A stretch of 64,000 nucleotides of DNA from the NCBI GenBank assembly GCA_951406725.2, contig OX597814.1, forward strand, positions 117,552,001 to 117,616,000. Reading direction: 5' to 3'. The translations under genes and the position numbers were made by a program. Positions 24,591 through 38,459 of the stretch are shown here, in pieces. The stretch's first letter is position 1, and each line of letters starts with the position of its first letter. Source of the stretch: Octopus vulgaris. Its lineage: Eukaryota. Under the pieces are notes generated by a model that saw nothing but the letters and a program-made list of their open reading frames with translations, was not told where the DNA came from and did not search any database.

Positions 24591-26045
24591 ACCTCTAACT
24601 TTCAACCACCTTCATCTCATGTTAATCTTTACCAAATTATATTTTTATCTTATTTTATTTTATTTTTATTTTTACTTTTATTTTTACTTTTATCCTACTT
24701 CCATTTATTTTTATTTTTACTTTTATTCTACTTCCATTTATTCTCATTTTTATTTTCATCCCTTACCTTAACTCTTATAATTTTTATAATTCTTATATTT
24801 CATTTCTAACTATTACATTGTATTTCTTATTTTATACTGTATTTTTTATTTCTAATTTTTACCCTTACCCTCATTCTTACCCCTAACTTATCGCTTTACA
24901 CCTCTATATATGTTTATTTACTTACCTATGGATCCACTTTTTGACTATACGAGCGTCCGCGTACGTGTGTATACGCATACATACATATGCACGCGCATAT
25001 ATGTACATACATATTTCGATATCTTATAGCTATACCCATATGCGCGTGTGTCTCTGTGTGTGTATGTGAGTGTATATGTGCACGCGCATGCGGACACACA
25101 GCCGTGTGTGCGTGCACGTATAGACATGAGTACGTGACTTTTTACATACGTTCTTATATACATCCTTTAATATCTTATATCTAGACCTAGAGGCGTGGGC
25201 ATAGTGTGTGTATGTAGGGATGGGCGCGCGTATGTACATGTGAGTGTGTACGCGTATAGTGTCCGTGTATACATGCGGATATTCTGTTGTATGTATGTAT
25301 GTGTACGCGCGTGCGTGTGGGTGCGTGTGTGTTTATGTACATGTTTACACGCGAGTGATTGTGTATGCTTATAGGCTTGGAGGCGTATATGTACGCGGGT
25401 ATGTGGGTGTATGTATCCATGATGATATGTATGTACTAGAAGTCCATTTAATTCAAGGAACCAGATTAAATGCTCATCAGCTCTGATTTACAACACATTA
25501 GGTCCCCAGACGAAACTGTTGATTTACTGACAATTCTACAACTAAATTTTATCAATCTCCTGACCACCATGCTTGGTCCGTAACCTCTATACATCCCTTA
25601 TCTTTACATTCTTTTACATTTTTATCATGATTTTATCATGTTTTTTACCTTTATTTCTATTTCTATTTTTACTTTATAACCTTATGCCTTTACATTTATT
25701 TATATTTATTTATATTTCTTTATATTCTTTATACCCCCTTTACATCTCCTTATAACTCTTTATATCTTTATGCTCTACATTTTTATATTTTTCTATACTT
25801 ACACCTTTTATACATTTTTTATCCCTGGTCCCGAATTCTCGCCCCTCCATCTTCACGTCTATATATGTATTTATTTATTTACATTACCTCAACATCCAGT
25901 TTTCCTCATTCTACATTGAGAGAAGAAAGAGATGGACGCTTCAATTCTATGCTGCTGCCGCATTATGTCGTACGCGAATGAGAGGATTTGCATCCCCAAC
26001 CAAGAATTTTTGATGTAACACATGTCCTTGTGGAAGATGTTGTGC

Positions 26046-26123
26046 GCGGCTGAAGAAGGCCACAGACATACATTATGCATTGTTATAAATCTGTCTAATA
26101 AAGGCCCGAAACATATGTACCGC
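26046..26123 (+). ncRNA. Type I hammerhead ribozyme, right arm
   Basis: Stem I gcgg(26046)/ccgc(26120), CTGAAGA 26050-26056, GAAA 26108-26111, palindromic ACATATGT stem III, GUA triplet 26117-26119. Confidence 0.85.
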
Positions 26124-26230
26124 TGAATCCTTCGCATCATGTTTTTATTTTATTTTGATCAATTTACTCCACCACCTACACCACCAAACGGTATACACAG
26201 GTGCTTATAGTTATCAAGTACTCACCCCGA

Positions 26231-26279
<49 letters not shown>

Positions 26280-26284
<5 letters not shown>

Positions 26285-26466
26285 TGCCACTACACACATT
26301 TCTTCTCTCCTTGTTTCACTCCTTGTTTTTTCTGTGCCTCTATGTGTAGAAGAGCGTAGGCTCGAAACGTACAAGACTTTTTCTATTCGTGAGCGTTATA
26401 CTAATACATCTGTTTGTTTTGTATACCACCTGTCTTCGTCTTTCGTTTTTTTTCGTAAACTCTCCA
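26280..26466 (+). mobile_element. Short repeat with degenerate minimal HHR between (TA)n tracts
   Basis: gaagagc-gtag-gctc-GAAA-cgta at ~26349-26371; similar to 6350-6545. Confidence 0.55.
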
Positions 26467-26638
26467 TATATATTTATATATATATATATATATATGTTTG
26501 AGTAGTTGAATGAATTATATTATTATGGATAATTCGAATTAACCGATAGCTGGGTAGTAAATTCACATCAGAAAAAACACGGTTGAAGTTACGTGCCTAG
26601 GGCATAGATTACGTGCTTTCGTGTGGAAATTTGTATGT

Positions 26639-26832
26639 TTATTTTTTTAATATAAATATATGAAAGAATGGAGTTGAACGACGAATTAACAAAATTCCTT
26701 CATTTGCGACATATGTTTCGAAGGCTGCATATTCCTAATTGCGAAGGAATGAGGAGTACATTATGCCGCTTTCTCATCAATTCTCATTAATTCGTCGTTC
26801 AACTCCATTCTTTCATATATTTATATTAAAAA

Positions 26833-26837
<5 letters not shown>
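26639..26837. mobile_element. Fold-back element: perfect 51-bp arms enclosing a 5'-clipped HHR on the minus strand
   Basis: Arms 26639-26689 and 26787-26837. Minus strand reads tTGATGA-gaaagcggcata...tatgcagccttc-GAAA-catat-GTC-gcaa. Abuts (TA)n. Confidence 0.8.
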
Positions 26838-26878
<41 letters not shown>

Positions 26879-28156
26879 ACACACGTTAATATCAAATCAT
26901 GAGAATGAGTGAGTTCTCAACACCACATTTGTGCATAACTATTCTATATTTGTGGGTTTGCCAGGTTAAGATTTGCATATTGTTAAGAAGAGTATATCTC
27001 CTGAAGTCTTTTGCCTAGGGCGTTGGTGTTCGCCTCTATTTCACAGGCACAAAATATAGCTATCTTATTATGAAACCAATGGCAATCTTGATACCTCATT
27101 AATAAAATATACTCGCATACAAACACACACACACACAAGTGTGGGTGCTTGTGTGTGTGCGTGCATGTGTTTTTTGAGTGTGTTTGTGTGTGTGCGCGCG
27201 CTGTAGAATAATATACGCTTCGTTCACCTATAATGATAAATAAGACACTCCAGGGTTGTGAATTTCTTTTTGCACAAAATGTATATGCATATGAAATGTG
27301 CGCGTGTGTATATTTCTATATTTGTGTGTGCGTGTTTGTGTGTGTGTGTGTGTGCGTGCTTGTATATGGGAGCGTGTGTGTTTCTGTGTACGTGATTGTG
27401 TAAATAAATGACTAATCCCTGGGAAACGATAAATCACGGAGTGTTCTACTTAAGTGTATGTAATTCTTTAATATATCATATCTAAACTCCTGTTAAGTTA
27501 CTGTACTCCGAGCTTTTTTTTTCTGATTTTCCAGCCTTAATCGGAGCATGTTTTCTTATAAAGCACTTGCTGTTTGAATATATGCTGGATATTTTACAAA
27601 CTTATAAGAAAAATGTTGATCTATATATTTTTTGGAACAAAGATTATGTTATGCCAGTAATACGTGTCATACCAGCCGTTTCATACTTGCACATTTTTAC
27701 TTTTATTTTTTTCCATTTCTTACTCCGACGGCTATACTGTAAACTCCTTTACCTGAATCATAGATCTTCCTCTTCATAAGATTGCTGTATATATTGCTTT
27801 TATTTTCAACATGCATTTTGAAAAGTTTTTTCTGTGCGATGTTTTTCTTGCCAAAATTCTAAAATAAATTTTAAAAAAAGATGCCTATTTAGGTGTATAT
27901 ACAGCACTGATAATTTATTTAATTTTGGCAAATTGTTACTTCCTTGAACAACAATTCAAGGAAGCAACGATAAAAAGAGTTTTGAGGTCTAATTTCATTA
28001 TATGCATAGATGTTTAAACATGAAAATCCACTTTGAAAAAAAGCCATGCATTGCACTAATAAAAATAGTTGCATATTGATATCCTAATATGTTATTAAGC
28101 TTTGAGCATTAACGTTTCAATGTGGATTATGAATCTGATTATATTAAAAAGTACAA

Positions 28157-28625
28157 GGCGAGCTGGCTGAAACGTTAGCATGCCGGGCGAAATGCTTACC
28201 GGTAATTCGTCTGCCGTTACGTTCTGAGTTCAAATTCCGCCGAGGTCGACTTTGCCTTTCATCCTTTCGGGGTCGATTAATTAAGTACCAGTTACTCACT
28301 GGTGTCCATGTCATCGACTTAATTCGTTTGTCTGTCCTTGTTTGTCCTCTGTGTTTAGCCCCTTGTGGGTAGTAAAGAGATAGGTATTTCGTATGCCGTT
28401 ACGAAAGGCAGCGAGCAAGCTGAAACGTTAGTACCCCGGCGAAATACTTTACGGTATTTCGTCTGCCGTTACGTTCTGAGTTCAAATTCCGCCGAGGTCG
28501 ACTTTGCTTGTCATACTTTCTGGGTCGATTAAATAAGTACCTGTTATGAACTGGAGTCGATGGAATCGACTTAATCCCTTTGTTTGTCTTCCCTATGTTT
28601 AGCCCCCTGTGGGCAATAAAGAAAC
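28157..28625 (+). mobile_element. Two tandem copies of SINE family A
   Basis: Units at ~28157-28402 and ~28407-28625 match 10786. Confidence 0.9.
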
Positions 28626-28734
28626 AAACATGTATTATGAAGTATAATCAAAAGACAGGGGAAAAGAAATCATCACGGCTACCATTGCACATTTTACATA
28701 CTTTTTTATTGTAAACCAATTCAAAATTAAAAGA

Positions 28735-29100
28735 TTATTTTCGGTGTGATAGTTCTAATTCAGGTAAGAAGCAGGAGGTGTTTTGCTTCTATGATTATAT
28801 AAAAAGTCGTGCTCACTCCCAGTGTAAGGTATCTACAAGATCTCCGTGAGATATCCATGATATTAATCACACACATAAACGTGCATATCAACAATTCCTG
28901 TGAAAATGGATGCTTCACATGTGATTATAATAGAATTGACATCAGTCCTCCAACCGCGAAATTTTGCCATGGCCTCTTGAGGAAAGGTAAATGTTCACCA
29001 GCAATGAAAAGACTGCATACCATCGGTTCGCAATTAAAGAAAATTTAATAGCTTAGATACATTCTGATTGCAGCTATCAAGTGATTGTATGGGATACAAC
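28735..29100 (-). pseudogene. Highly decayed mariner 3' fragment, copy 1 of an old local duplication
   Basis: Aligns with 30937-31312, whose minus strand retains a PYS...P.D..MF.PL-like motif. Confidence 0.45.
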
Positions 29101-30936
29101 GCTAAGGAAAAAATACAAAGCTTGGTGGTTAGTTAGCACTAATAGTTCAGCAAAAATTGTGAAATTGGAACTTCCTCGGAAAATAATTCAAAGAAGTAAC
29201 GTGAATGAAGTGATGTAGAGTGTACCATTCTGCCTAAACTGAGCTATGTCTCTTTTTCAATTGTTTGCGTTCAACCAATAATTTTGAGTGAAATATCGTA
29301 GTAGGGATATGTGTGAAAATCGGACGGTTCCTTTTTATGGTTCTTACCTTATTACCCGCTCACCTTGCTTGATGTTATGGTGTTCTTTCTCATGAGAAAT
29401 ACCTTAAATTTAGGAAAAGAAAATACAGCTTAAATAAGAGAAAAATAAGGACATTGTTAGTAAATGTTGCACTGAAATAAAACAAAGTTTCGTGCTTCAT
29501 GTACTCGAAGAAAATATAAATAAATATATGTAACTCATTAAATTTTCTACAATAAACACAATTGTGCAGATGTCCAAACGCATTTTGTTCGTACATTAAT
29601 TTCATTAATATCGCAACTGGATTTTAAGACATAATCAATTATTGGTTTGTAAGTATAGAGTTTTGAGATATAATTTCATTATATGCATATATGTTTAAAT
29701 CTAAAAATCGATTTCCTGGGAAAAATCATTTATTTCGCTAACTCATTTTTCATAATACCTTTCTGAAGTTTGAATGTGTCTAAATACTCAAATATACACA
29801 TAATTTACCACAATAATACGTTTGTAAATATGTGTGCATCTATCGAGAATTTTCCTCATATGACCCGCTAAAAGAAACACAAGCATAAAAAGACACATCT
29901 ATACATATGTCTTTATCTATATATGCATTTTCTTCCCTTTTCTTTCTTCTCCGCTCCGCATTACGGTATACATAATCTCGTGTTTGTAATTCCTTCATAT
30001 ACATATTAATATAATATAATATAATTCAGCATAATACCTTACCAAATAACGCATACATTGATATATATATGTGTGTGTGTGTGTGAGTGTGTGCCTGTGT
30101 GTGAGCGTATACATGAGGAATGAATGTGTGCGTCTATGTGTGCTAGTTCTTTATCTCATACTCAAATACATATATAAATGTACGTATCTATGCACACTTA
30201 CAACTCAGTAAAACAATGCATTTGTGCGTGGGTTTGATATAGCTGCATAATATATATCCATGTGCTGTCCCTATTACAAATAGAAAATTACAACACATCT
30301 TTATTATACTGCTCAACTACGAATATTCTTAATCTTGTAAATAAAATATTCATCATAAATACACTTATAAAACTACTTATTTAAGCACTTTCACTTGAAA
30401 GCACATCTTTGGCTTAACTGTACTGATACTCCATCCTGACCAACAACACTAAACCAGAGAATTACATTTCCCAAGAGAATTAAGGAGAAAGATCACTTCA
30501 ATCCGAAGTCTTTGATTCGGTACTGAACTTTACGTTTCGTAAAATATGCAGCTCAATCTTAAATGAGTTTTAAATCAGAAATTACATGAATTCAGTGAAG
30601 TAAAACGCATAAGATTTTTTTGTTCGATAAACCCAGAAACATAGATGGAAGTAGTAAGAGACTCGATTAGAAATTATACAACAATAACTTTACACAGAAA
30701 CGCATTAAACGATCCACAATGTACATAAAAAATAGTAAAAAAGAAATATCACTTCTAAAGTCCTGGTTCCAAAACTTAATGGTGGTGCAAATTGAAATCT
30801 AAATATGAAATAATGCGTCTTCTCCAACATTTCTTATGAAGTACTAAGAATCTGATTATATTACCAAGTAGAGATAAAGGAGGAAAATAAATAAATCATC
30901 ATTTTGTTATTATAAAGTTACTAAAATGCGAAAAGT

Positions 30937-31312
30937 ATTTTCAGTGATATTGTTCTAATTCGGACAGAAGGTAAGAAGCTCTATGATTACATAAAGAGTT
31001 GTCCTCACTTCCAAAATATGTTATCCACAAGATGTCACGTGCTTATTCACGATATGAATCTTGCGGCCATATGTGAGAACATGTCAAAAGAGTGTGAAAA
31101 TAGATACTCCAGAGGCATCTCCATAATTCTAATTGGATTGACGTCCGTCCTCGAACCGTGGAATTTCGCGATGGCCATCTTGGAAAAGATAAATGTTTGC
31201 GAGCAATGAACAGATTGGATAACATCGTTTCGGCCGAAAAAAAAAGGCTTTAAGAAAATTCAAGCGGCTCAAACATATTCTAATCGCGGGTACCCGAATG
31301 CTGTATGGGATA
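30937..31312 (-). pseudogene. Highly decayed mariner 3' fragment, copy 2
   Basis: CCA TAC AGC ... GAT TAG AAT ATG TTT GAG CCG CTT, followed by DVIQSVH; resembles PYSPDLAPSDYHLFGPLK...DV. Confidence 0.45.
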
Positions 31313-32567
31313 CTTTTTAGAAGAACTAGGACACGTGATGTTTTAAACCGCAGTAATAGTTTTGGAGGTAATATTGACTAAATCGATGACGTGGCGCAAA
31401 GCAGGTCACTCAGCTATTTGATCGAAGATACCAGTGAAGAATTTGAATTTTCTGTGTTAAATTCTATAAGGTGTACATTCTTATGCATCAGTTATCAGCA
31501 TAAAGGGAAACTAATAAAAATAGTATAATTTTATTAAAACTGATGAAATGAATACTTTTTTGACAAATTTGTTTCTGCATCCATTTAGTCTTACAGTAGA
31601 AAAATTGAAAATAGAAAGTAACTTTACATAATGTAATAAAAGTACGCAAGCTTTTTCATATGACAAACATTTTGGGGTTGCGTTGATTATTAATGGACTA
31701 TTACCAAGCAGAATTTCTTTATTATATGATATAAAATTCATAGATTCATAGGAAAGTCCATATGAAAACATGAATATATCAAATGGTATAGAAATCTTTA
31801 TTTTGTACTATGTTTTATTGTGCGTTTCTAAGACACCTTGTCCGAATATGCATATTAGATGTGTTTTCTGAAAACAATTTATAAGATGCATTGGCCATTA
31901 CTGAGATGAGGATTTATGTATAAAGACTAACAAGTAAATAGAGGCGATTATTCAGTTTTATATTTTGACTAAAATATACCTATAGCTACTAATTCATGAG
32001 CAGATAAATTTGCATTTCTGACTTTAAAAACAAACTTGTATGAGCGGTTTAGGAACTTCAACGCAAAACTAACATTCCTTAACATAGAAAAAGACATACA
32101 TATATATACTTTACAATCTTATCAGTAACATATATAGATGCATTTCTAATTTATCGTTCAATAAAGAAATACTTGATAAGACAGTCCAATAATATTCCAA
32201 ACGTTTCTAAGAAGTAGATTGATTACTGCAGGGCATAAATTAAAGTAGAATGCTTCTAGCGCAAAAGAAACATTTTGGGAGAGTGCAGGGATTTCGTAAA
32301 GCATGACTGATTATATTATTTTCATGCCACTAGCAACATGCAATCGCTTGGGCATGTATATATACATATGTACCTCCTCTACTTTCTTTTCCAATGTTTG
32401 TTATGTTTTCTTTTTGTTTTTGCCATGTGATAGTTTGTTAGAAGCATTACAACACCAGCAAATAATATACGTTATTTTCTAGCTCTCTAATTCCGACTAA
32501 CCGACGTCGAATTGTATTTTCTTCCTTCCATTGTCGGTTAAATAAAGTATCAATCAATTACATATAC

Positions 32568-32769
32568 ATTTCTTTACTACCTACAAGGAGCTAAACACAG
32601 AAGGGACAAACAAGGACAGACAAAGGGATTTGAGTAGATTGCATCGACCCCAGTGTGTAACTGGTACTTAATTTATCGACCCTGAAAGGATGAAAGGCAA
32701 AGTCGACCTCGGCGGAATTTGAACTACGCATTTCGCCCGGCGTGCTAACGATTCTGCGAGCTCGCTGCC
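32568..32769 (-). mobile_element. SINE family A with internal deletion
   Basis: Reverse complement of the family A consensus. Confidence 0.9.
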
Positions 32770-34663
32770 TTCAAATCAATTACATATAATCGAGTAAATT
32801 GCACATTTCGTCCCTGGCTTAGAACTGTGTTTTCCTTGCTCTAGTCTAACTTGTTCTTCCTTCAGTTCACCCAGCCTACTTATCTGTTGATTTTTGATTG
32901 TTCACTTTATCATTTCCTGTTGTTGGTGTAGGTTTCATCCTTTAGTATATATTCCAATTTCTCTCTATGTTAATTATCTTTTTTGTATTAAAGCCTTACT
33001 TGCAATTCATAATACTGCTACTAAGAAATATTTAAATCTCATTGAATAAACTCAAGTCATGACCTGAGGAATTACATTTATGATAGCATCCTATCAGTAA
33101 CCTCGATGGAACTCGCACACTTTCTACTTAGTTTCTTTGTCTCTATATACATGTTCTATCAATATATCTCTCTATTTAACTTACTTGTCATGTTTCTCAT
33201 GTTTTCTCTAACTTTCTACATTCAATTTATACACATGTGTCGATATCTCTTTCTATATTTCCAACAAATGTTTTAATTTTCCTAATATATTTTCAAATCT
33301 AGATAATCATACAGTCAACATATGTACTACGTATATAACGACGGTAAGATTTGTCTGCGCGTGGAAATGGAAATCCTAATATTAGCAAATTATATTTTGG
33401 AACAAAATATTTTTGACATTATTATCAAACATTTAATTTTGTATTAATAACTAATATCAAAATTTAGAATATCGCTATTATTCATATCAAAATGTCTGTA
33501 CAGGCTTGGTTAGATTTCAGTTGCTTACCTGAACAAGTTCTTCAGCGATATAGCCAAATGAGCTCAATTATATCATGATTCTAATCAAAGCAATGGAATA
33601 AAAACGACTCTATGATATTTAAAGGGATAGTGTATGTCTTTGAAACGAGTAGATTAAAAAAGTACCTCATTACGTCCCTAACATAAGATAAATCCATAAT
33701 GTGATATAGTCTCTTCTAATCCGTCCATCTAATTTGTCGAAGATCCTAAGGGTTTAATTTGTAGTCTATTAAATGCTCTCATAGTCGCATTCCTCCCTTT
33801 TGTTTGCTATACATTCGTATAACTATTTATATTGTATAGGGCATCATTATATTCAAAGAATTGAATTAGTTTGCTGTGCATCAAATTACCGAAAGCATAT
33901 CATGAATAGTTTGGTTATTATCTCTAATTTCCCAGCTTCCAATGAATATTTAATTTAATAGGATACAAGTGCAGTAATATGTTTGCAGTAAAACTTAATT
34001 TCTTGTCTTCCTTCTTTCGACCTTATATTTGGAAGAACCCATGAGTTTTCTTCATAAGATTCAGACATCTTACTAATCCTCCCCTCTAGGTTGTCTTTTC
34101 ATACAAATATAGTATCATTATGTACGCGTAAACTTCTCAACTAGTATGTTTATCTTCTCTGGTGACCATTTACTCGTGTATTATCAAGTTTGTGCAGAAT
34201 TTGTCTTCATGAGTTTTGTAATATTACAGTTGTAGAATCTTTTCTCTTTCATGAAGAATCTCTTAGAAAGAATCCCGTATTGCTTTTTATTTATTTTAAT
34301 TCTTTACTCTTTCTATTTCATTTAATCAGGAATCGATTATGCGGTTAGTAGTGAACCACTCAGTTGCCCAGTCCGCTTTTCATATTCGTTGCCATGCTCA
34401 AATATTTGAAGCTGTCAGCTAATATTTTAGTTCCGCCTTCCCACCACATCCACCATTGTGTATCGCCGAGGTGTAGTATAGAAAGCTACATAGCTAAACT
34501 AACAAGCCGATACACCATATTCAAGTGATGCTTCTGCCTGTGTCCTATTGTCAAGGGAAGCACATTTATTATTTATTCAGCGCATACTGCCACGTAAAAT
34601 CCGAAATCCTTATTGGTTATCATCAAAGCATAATAAAATTAAGTTATATTTATCACTTAACTA

Positions 34664-34699
<36 letters not shown>

Positions 34700-34703
<4 letters not shown>

Positions 34704-34924
34704 CTTTACTGCCCACAAGGGGCTAAACATAGAAGGGACGAACAAGGACAGACAAAGGGATTAAGTCGATTACATCGACCCCAGTGCGTAACTGGTACTT
34801 AATTTATCGACCCCGAAAGGATGAAAGGCAAAGTCGATCGGCGGATTTTGAACCCAGAACACTTAACGGCAGACGAAATACGGCTATTTCGCCCGGCGTG
34901 CTAACGTTTCTGCCAGCTCGCCGC

Positions 34925-34926
<2 letters not shown>
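34700..34926 (-). mobile_element. SINE family A inserted in (TA)n
   Basis: Reverse complement of the family A consensus, with (TA)n on both sides. Confidence 0.9.
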
Positions 34927-35015
<89 letters not shown>

Positions 35016-35809
35016 TGTGTGTGTATGTCACGCTAACGTTAAAAACAATTTTAGAATGTTGTGTTTCAGTCAAAACGCTGCAAATAACTGTCCAAAAAGA
35101 AATCAACCAAGATTCAACCAATTCAAAAACTAAACCGAAATACTAGGTTTCAAATTTATATGTACAGATATATGCTATCTCAAAATGTAATACACCACAA
35201 CAGAGTTTCAAAGCTTAGTGATAGCACGCAAGGTGCATTTTAGGGAACAAAGCGTATATTATTAATTTGGAAATAAGACCAATTACATTACCAAAGTTGC
35301 ACTGGAAAATCGAGGCTTCCTTAAAGGATTATAGGGTATTTTACTTCCGAATAATTTTAAACTACTCTAAATTTGAGCCAAGATATTATTTAAGCAGCAT
35401 CCCATCAGATAAGCATCATTAACATATTCTATGTTGATTTAAATGTTTTTATTAAATCAACGACTTTTATAATTGAAATTTATAAACAATATATAAATCT
35501 TATAATATATATTTTACAAATTGATTATTGGGGTCTGTGGTGGTTGATTTTTATACTTAAATGTAACTCAGGATAAGTATATTTAATCCTTTGTTTGTGT
35601 ATATGTAGTATATAAATATTATTTAAATATCACAGAAATAGTTAGAGTTCTTAATGGTATGTCAATTATATTGTATTCGAGTATAAAAGTAATTAATTTA
35701 AATTTATTTTGTAACTATGATTTATAAATTATATTTTGTGGTTTAGTAATAGTTTAGAATAAATTTAATATTTGTTATTAGATATAATATTTTAGGATAT
35801 TGAGTTATA

Positions 35810-36705
35810 CGAGGGGCGTTCAATAAGTAATGCCCCTGACCCACTTCCCATAGCAGTAGAGCAACGAAACTTGGCACAGTTATTAGTCTTTTTCTACATA
35901 GGAACCACCCAGAGTTACGCATTTCTCCCATCGTTTGATGCAGCTCTGGAGACCGATTTTGTAGGAGACCCCAGCTTGGTCTTCCAACCACGACGTGACT
36001 TCAGAAATCAAGGCTGCATCATCTGGGAAACGCTTTCCTTTCAAAAACAACTTCATGGCTGAGAAGAGGTGAAAATCAGAGGGTGCAAGGTCAGGAGAGT
36101 AGGGGGGAAGGGGGGCACGCTTGTGCTTCTGATCTGGCGACACGCGAGTTGTGGACCGGAGCGTTGTCCTGCAGGAGGAGGATGCCTTTGCTGATCTTGT
36201 CCCGCCTCTTGATTTTGATAGCTTCTCTTAATTTCCTCAAAAGTGAAGCATAATAGGCTCCTGTAATTGTGGTACCCTTTGCCAGGAAATCTGTCATCAT
36301 TACTCCGTCCTGGTCCCAGAAGACTGTGAGCATGACATTGCCAGCGGAGGGCTGCACCCTTGCCTTCTTTGGAGGAGGTGAGTCACGGTGCTTCCCCTGC
36401 ATTGACTGGGCTTTGGTCTCTGGATCATAGTGATGGACCCAGATTTCATCCTGTGTAATCAGTCTTTTGAAAAATTTTGACTCATCTTCTTGGCACATCT
36501 CCAACTTCCTCCTCGAGCACTCGACGCGTTCTTGCTTCTGGAAAGGTGTGAGCAACCTGGGAATCCATCTGGAAGACACCTTTTGCATATGCAAATGGTC
36601 ATGAATGATAGTTTCCACAGACCCGGTACTAATCTTGACCTCATGGGCTATTTGGCGAATTGTTATGCGTCGATCTTCCAAAATGGCAGCCTCAACTTGA
36701 CGGAC
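35810..36705 (-). mobile_element. 5'-truncated mariner (DD34D-type) transposon with frameshifted transposase
   Basis: WIPRLL, ITQDEIWVHHYDPETK, LLLQDNAPVH and PPYSPDLAPSDFHLF split over ORFs 36091-36852 and 35883-36143. One TIR ta|cgaggggcgttcaataagt at 35808; the other end is missing. Confidence 0.92.
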
Positions 36706-38423
36706 GACTTGCGACTTGGAACGAATCAAATTGAGCGGGCGTGTATGAAGTGTAAACCTAAAGGCAGAAACATAGGAGACGGACACAAGAGGTGTTGACG
36801 GTCGGCAGTCAGGCCAAGAAAGAAAGATCATGGCTGGCCGGGTACCGGTCACGTGGAAGGAGGAGAGATGGGTACAGAGCAGCGGGAGTGAAAGATTAGA
36901 AAAGTATCAGAGACAAAGAAAAAGATATACATAAATCAGTTTAAATACGCTTAATATGTCAAATCACTCGGCATTAATTAAGATACCTCTGAAATTTCAA
37001 TCTGAAATTCCTTGTAAGATATCAAACTGTTCACCTTGCATAACGTATGTGATTATATCGCAGTTTTCTAACCCGTCACACAAAGTGAAACCATTTATGT
37101 AAATATAAGGAATTTTCTCAGATATTATTAATCTAAGTCTACGCATATTTATACATTACTCCTTTGACTACAAAATTTCATCAATGATGACAGAAACGTT
37201 TTAATTTAATAGTTTGACTTGGCTACAGAAATGACAGGTAAATATTCAGTGTAAAATATATGCCACACAAAATGTGTTTATTATATGACTATATATTACT
37301 TTTAGTTCAATATCATTGAATATCGTTTTATCTTAACATTCATTTCAAAACCTTGCCAAGTGTTTATCTAACACAAAATGATACTGAAAGTCTATTTGTC
37401 TTATTTATAGCTCCCGTACACCCTCTTAATAACATAAATTATTAGGTTTCAGCTGACAGTTTGCAGTCGTCTCTTTCGTGTTATTTATGAATAATGTATA
37501 TTACATACTTGATAATTCAGAATTTTTAAACGTGATGTGGTTATAGATTACAGAGATACATTATATAGGATGTATTTTATAGCTGCAGGGTGCAAATACC
37601 TATACGGATAAAGACAGCATTCCTTAATTATCGCTCCGAACGAAAACCCTGAGTGTATTTTATAAAGTATTCAGGTGATTCTGTCTCTTAGTTGTCTTTA
37701 CCTCAGCTACTTTGATACACCTTGTACTATGAAATGCCTCTCCTCAGCCGATAACGGATTTAGAACATGACAAGTTTCAAAATTTTGTTAGCATAACATA
37801 TCAAGGTCATGTATAAATAGGTATTGTCTTTACTTACACTTGAAACATAAAAGATACATATCTACACCAGTGTTCTTGCACTTGCAAAATAACCAACTTA
37901 GCACGTGATATTACGCGATATTTTGCCATGTGTAAGAAAGTGAAGTCACGATCTCTTTTGCATATTGAAATCATTTTTACTATCTGAGATATTTTTTCTG
38001 CGTATCACATCATCCCATTTTCAATACACATACAAATTAGATCATAGCTGTAGAACTAGATAGCTTATAAAAAAACCCATATGTGTGATCTAATTATGAA
38101 AAATATTTAGAAATAATGTAATACCTGAACACGAGTTTAAAAGTTGTAATATAATTTATTTCTCATAGTTTCAAGATTTCGTTTTCTCAGAAGAATTAAT
38201 TTTTATCGATTGTTAAGTAACTGCGATACACATGAGAAGCATATTACGTATGATAATTCGATTACAGTCTAAATGTAGATTGAATATTTCATATTCCGCA
38301 TCAGTTGATCATCTTGTATTAATTTTTCATTTCCGATTCACTGTGTGTGTATGCGTATATTTATACATACATACATACATACATACATAAATACATACAT
38401 ACATACATACATACATACATACA

Positions 38424-38459
<36 letters not shown>

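Larger units (their letters stand above)
22343..26235. mobile_element. 5'-truncated PLE (minus strand, 24590->22343) with inverted pseudo-LTR (plus strand, 24591->26235), between (TA)n tracts
   Basis: Arms 22343-23952 and 24591-26163 are near-perfect reverse complements (mirrored ORFs in the track). The spacer holds a GIY-YIG C-terminus. There is an HHR in each arm and a 72-bp tail on the right arm only. Confidence 0.9.

Noticed and set aside
22343-26163. DNA transposon with 1.6-kb TIRs
   Set aside because: The spacer encodes a truncated GIY-YIG rather than a transposase, the arms carry HHRs, and one arm has an extra tail.
28735-31312. Duplicated host exon (both copies have ag|gtaag)
   Set aside because: Plus-strand translations are not preferentially conserved; the minus strand shows mariner PYS...D motif remnants.
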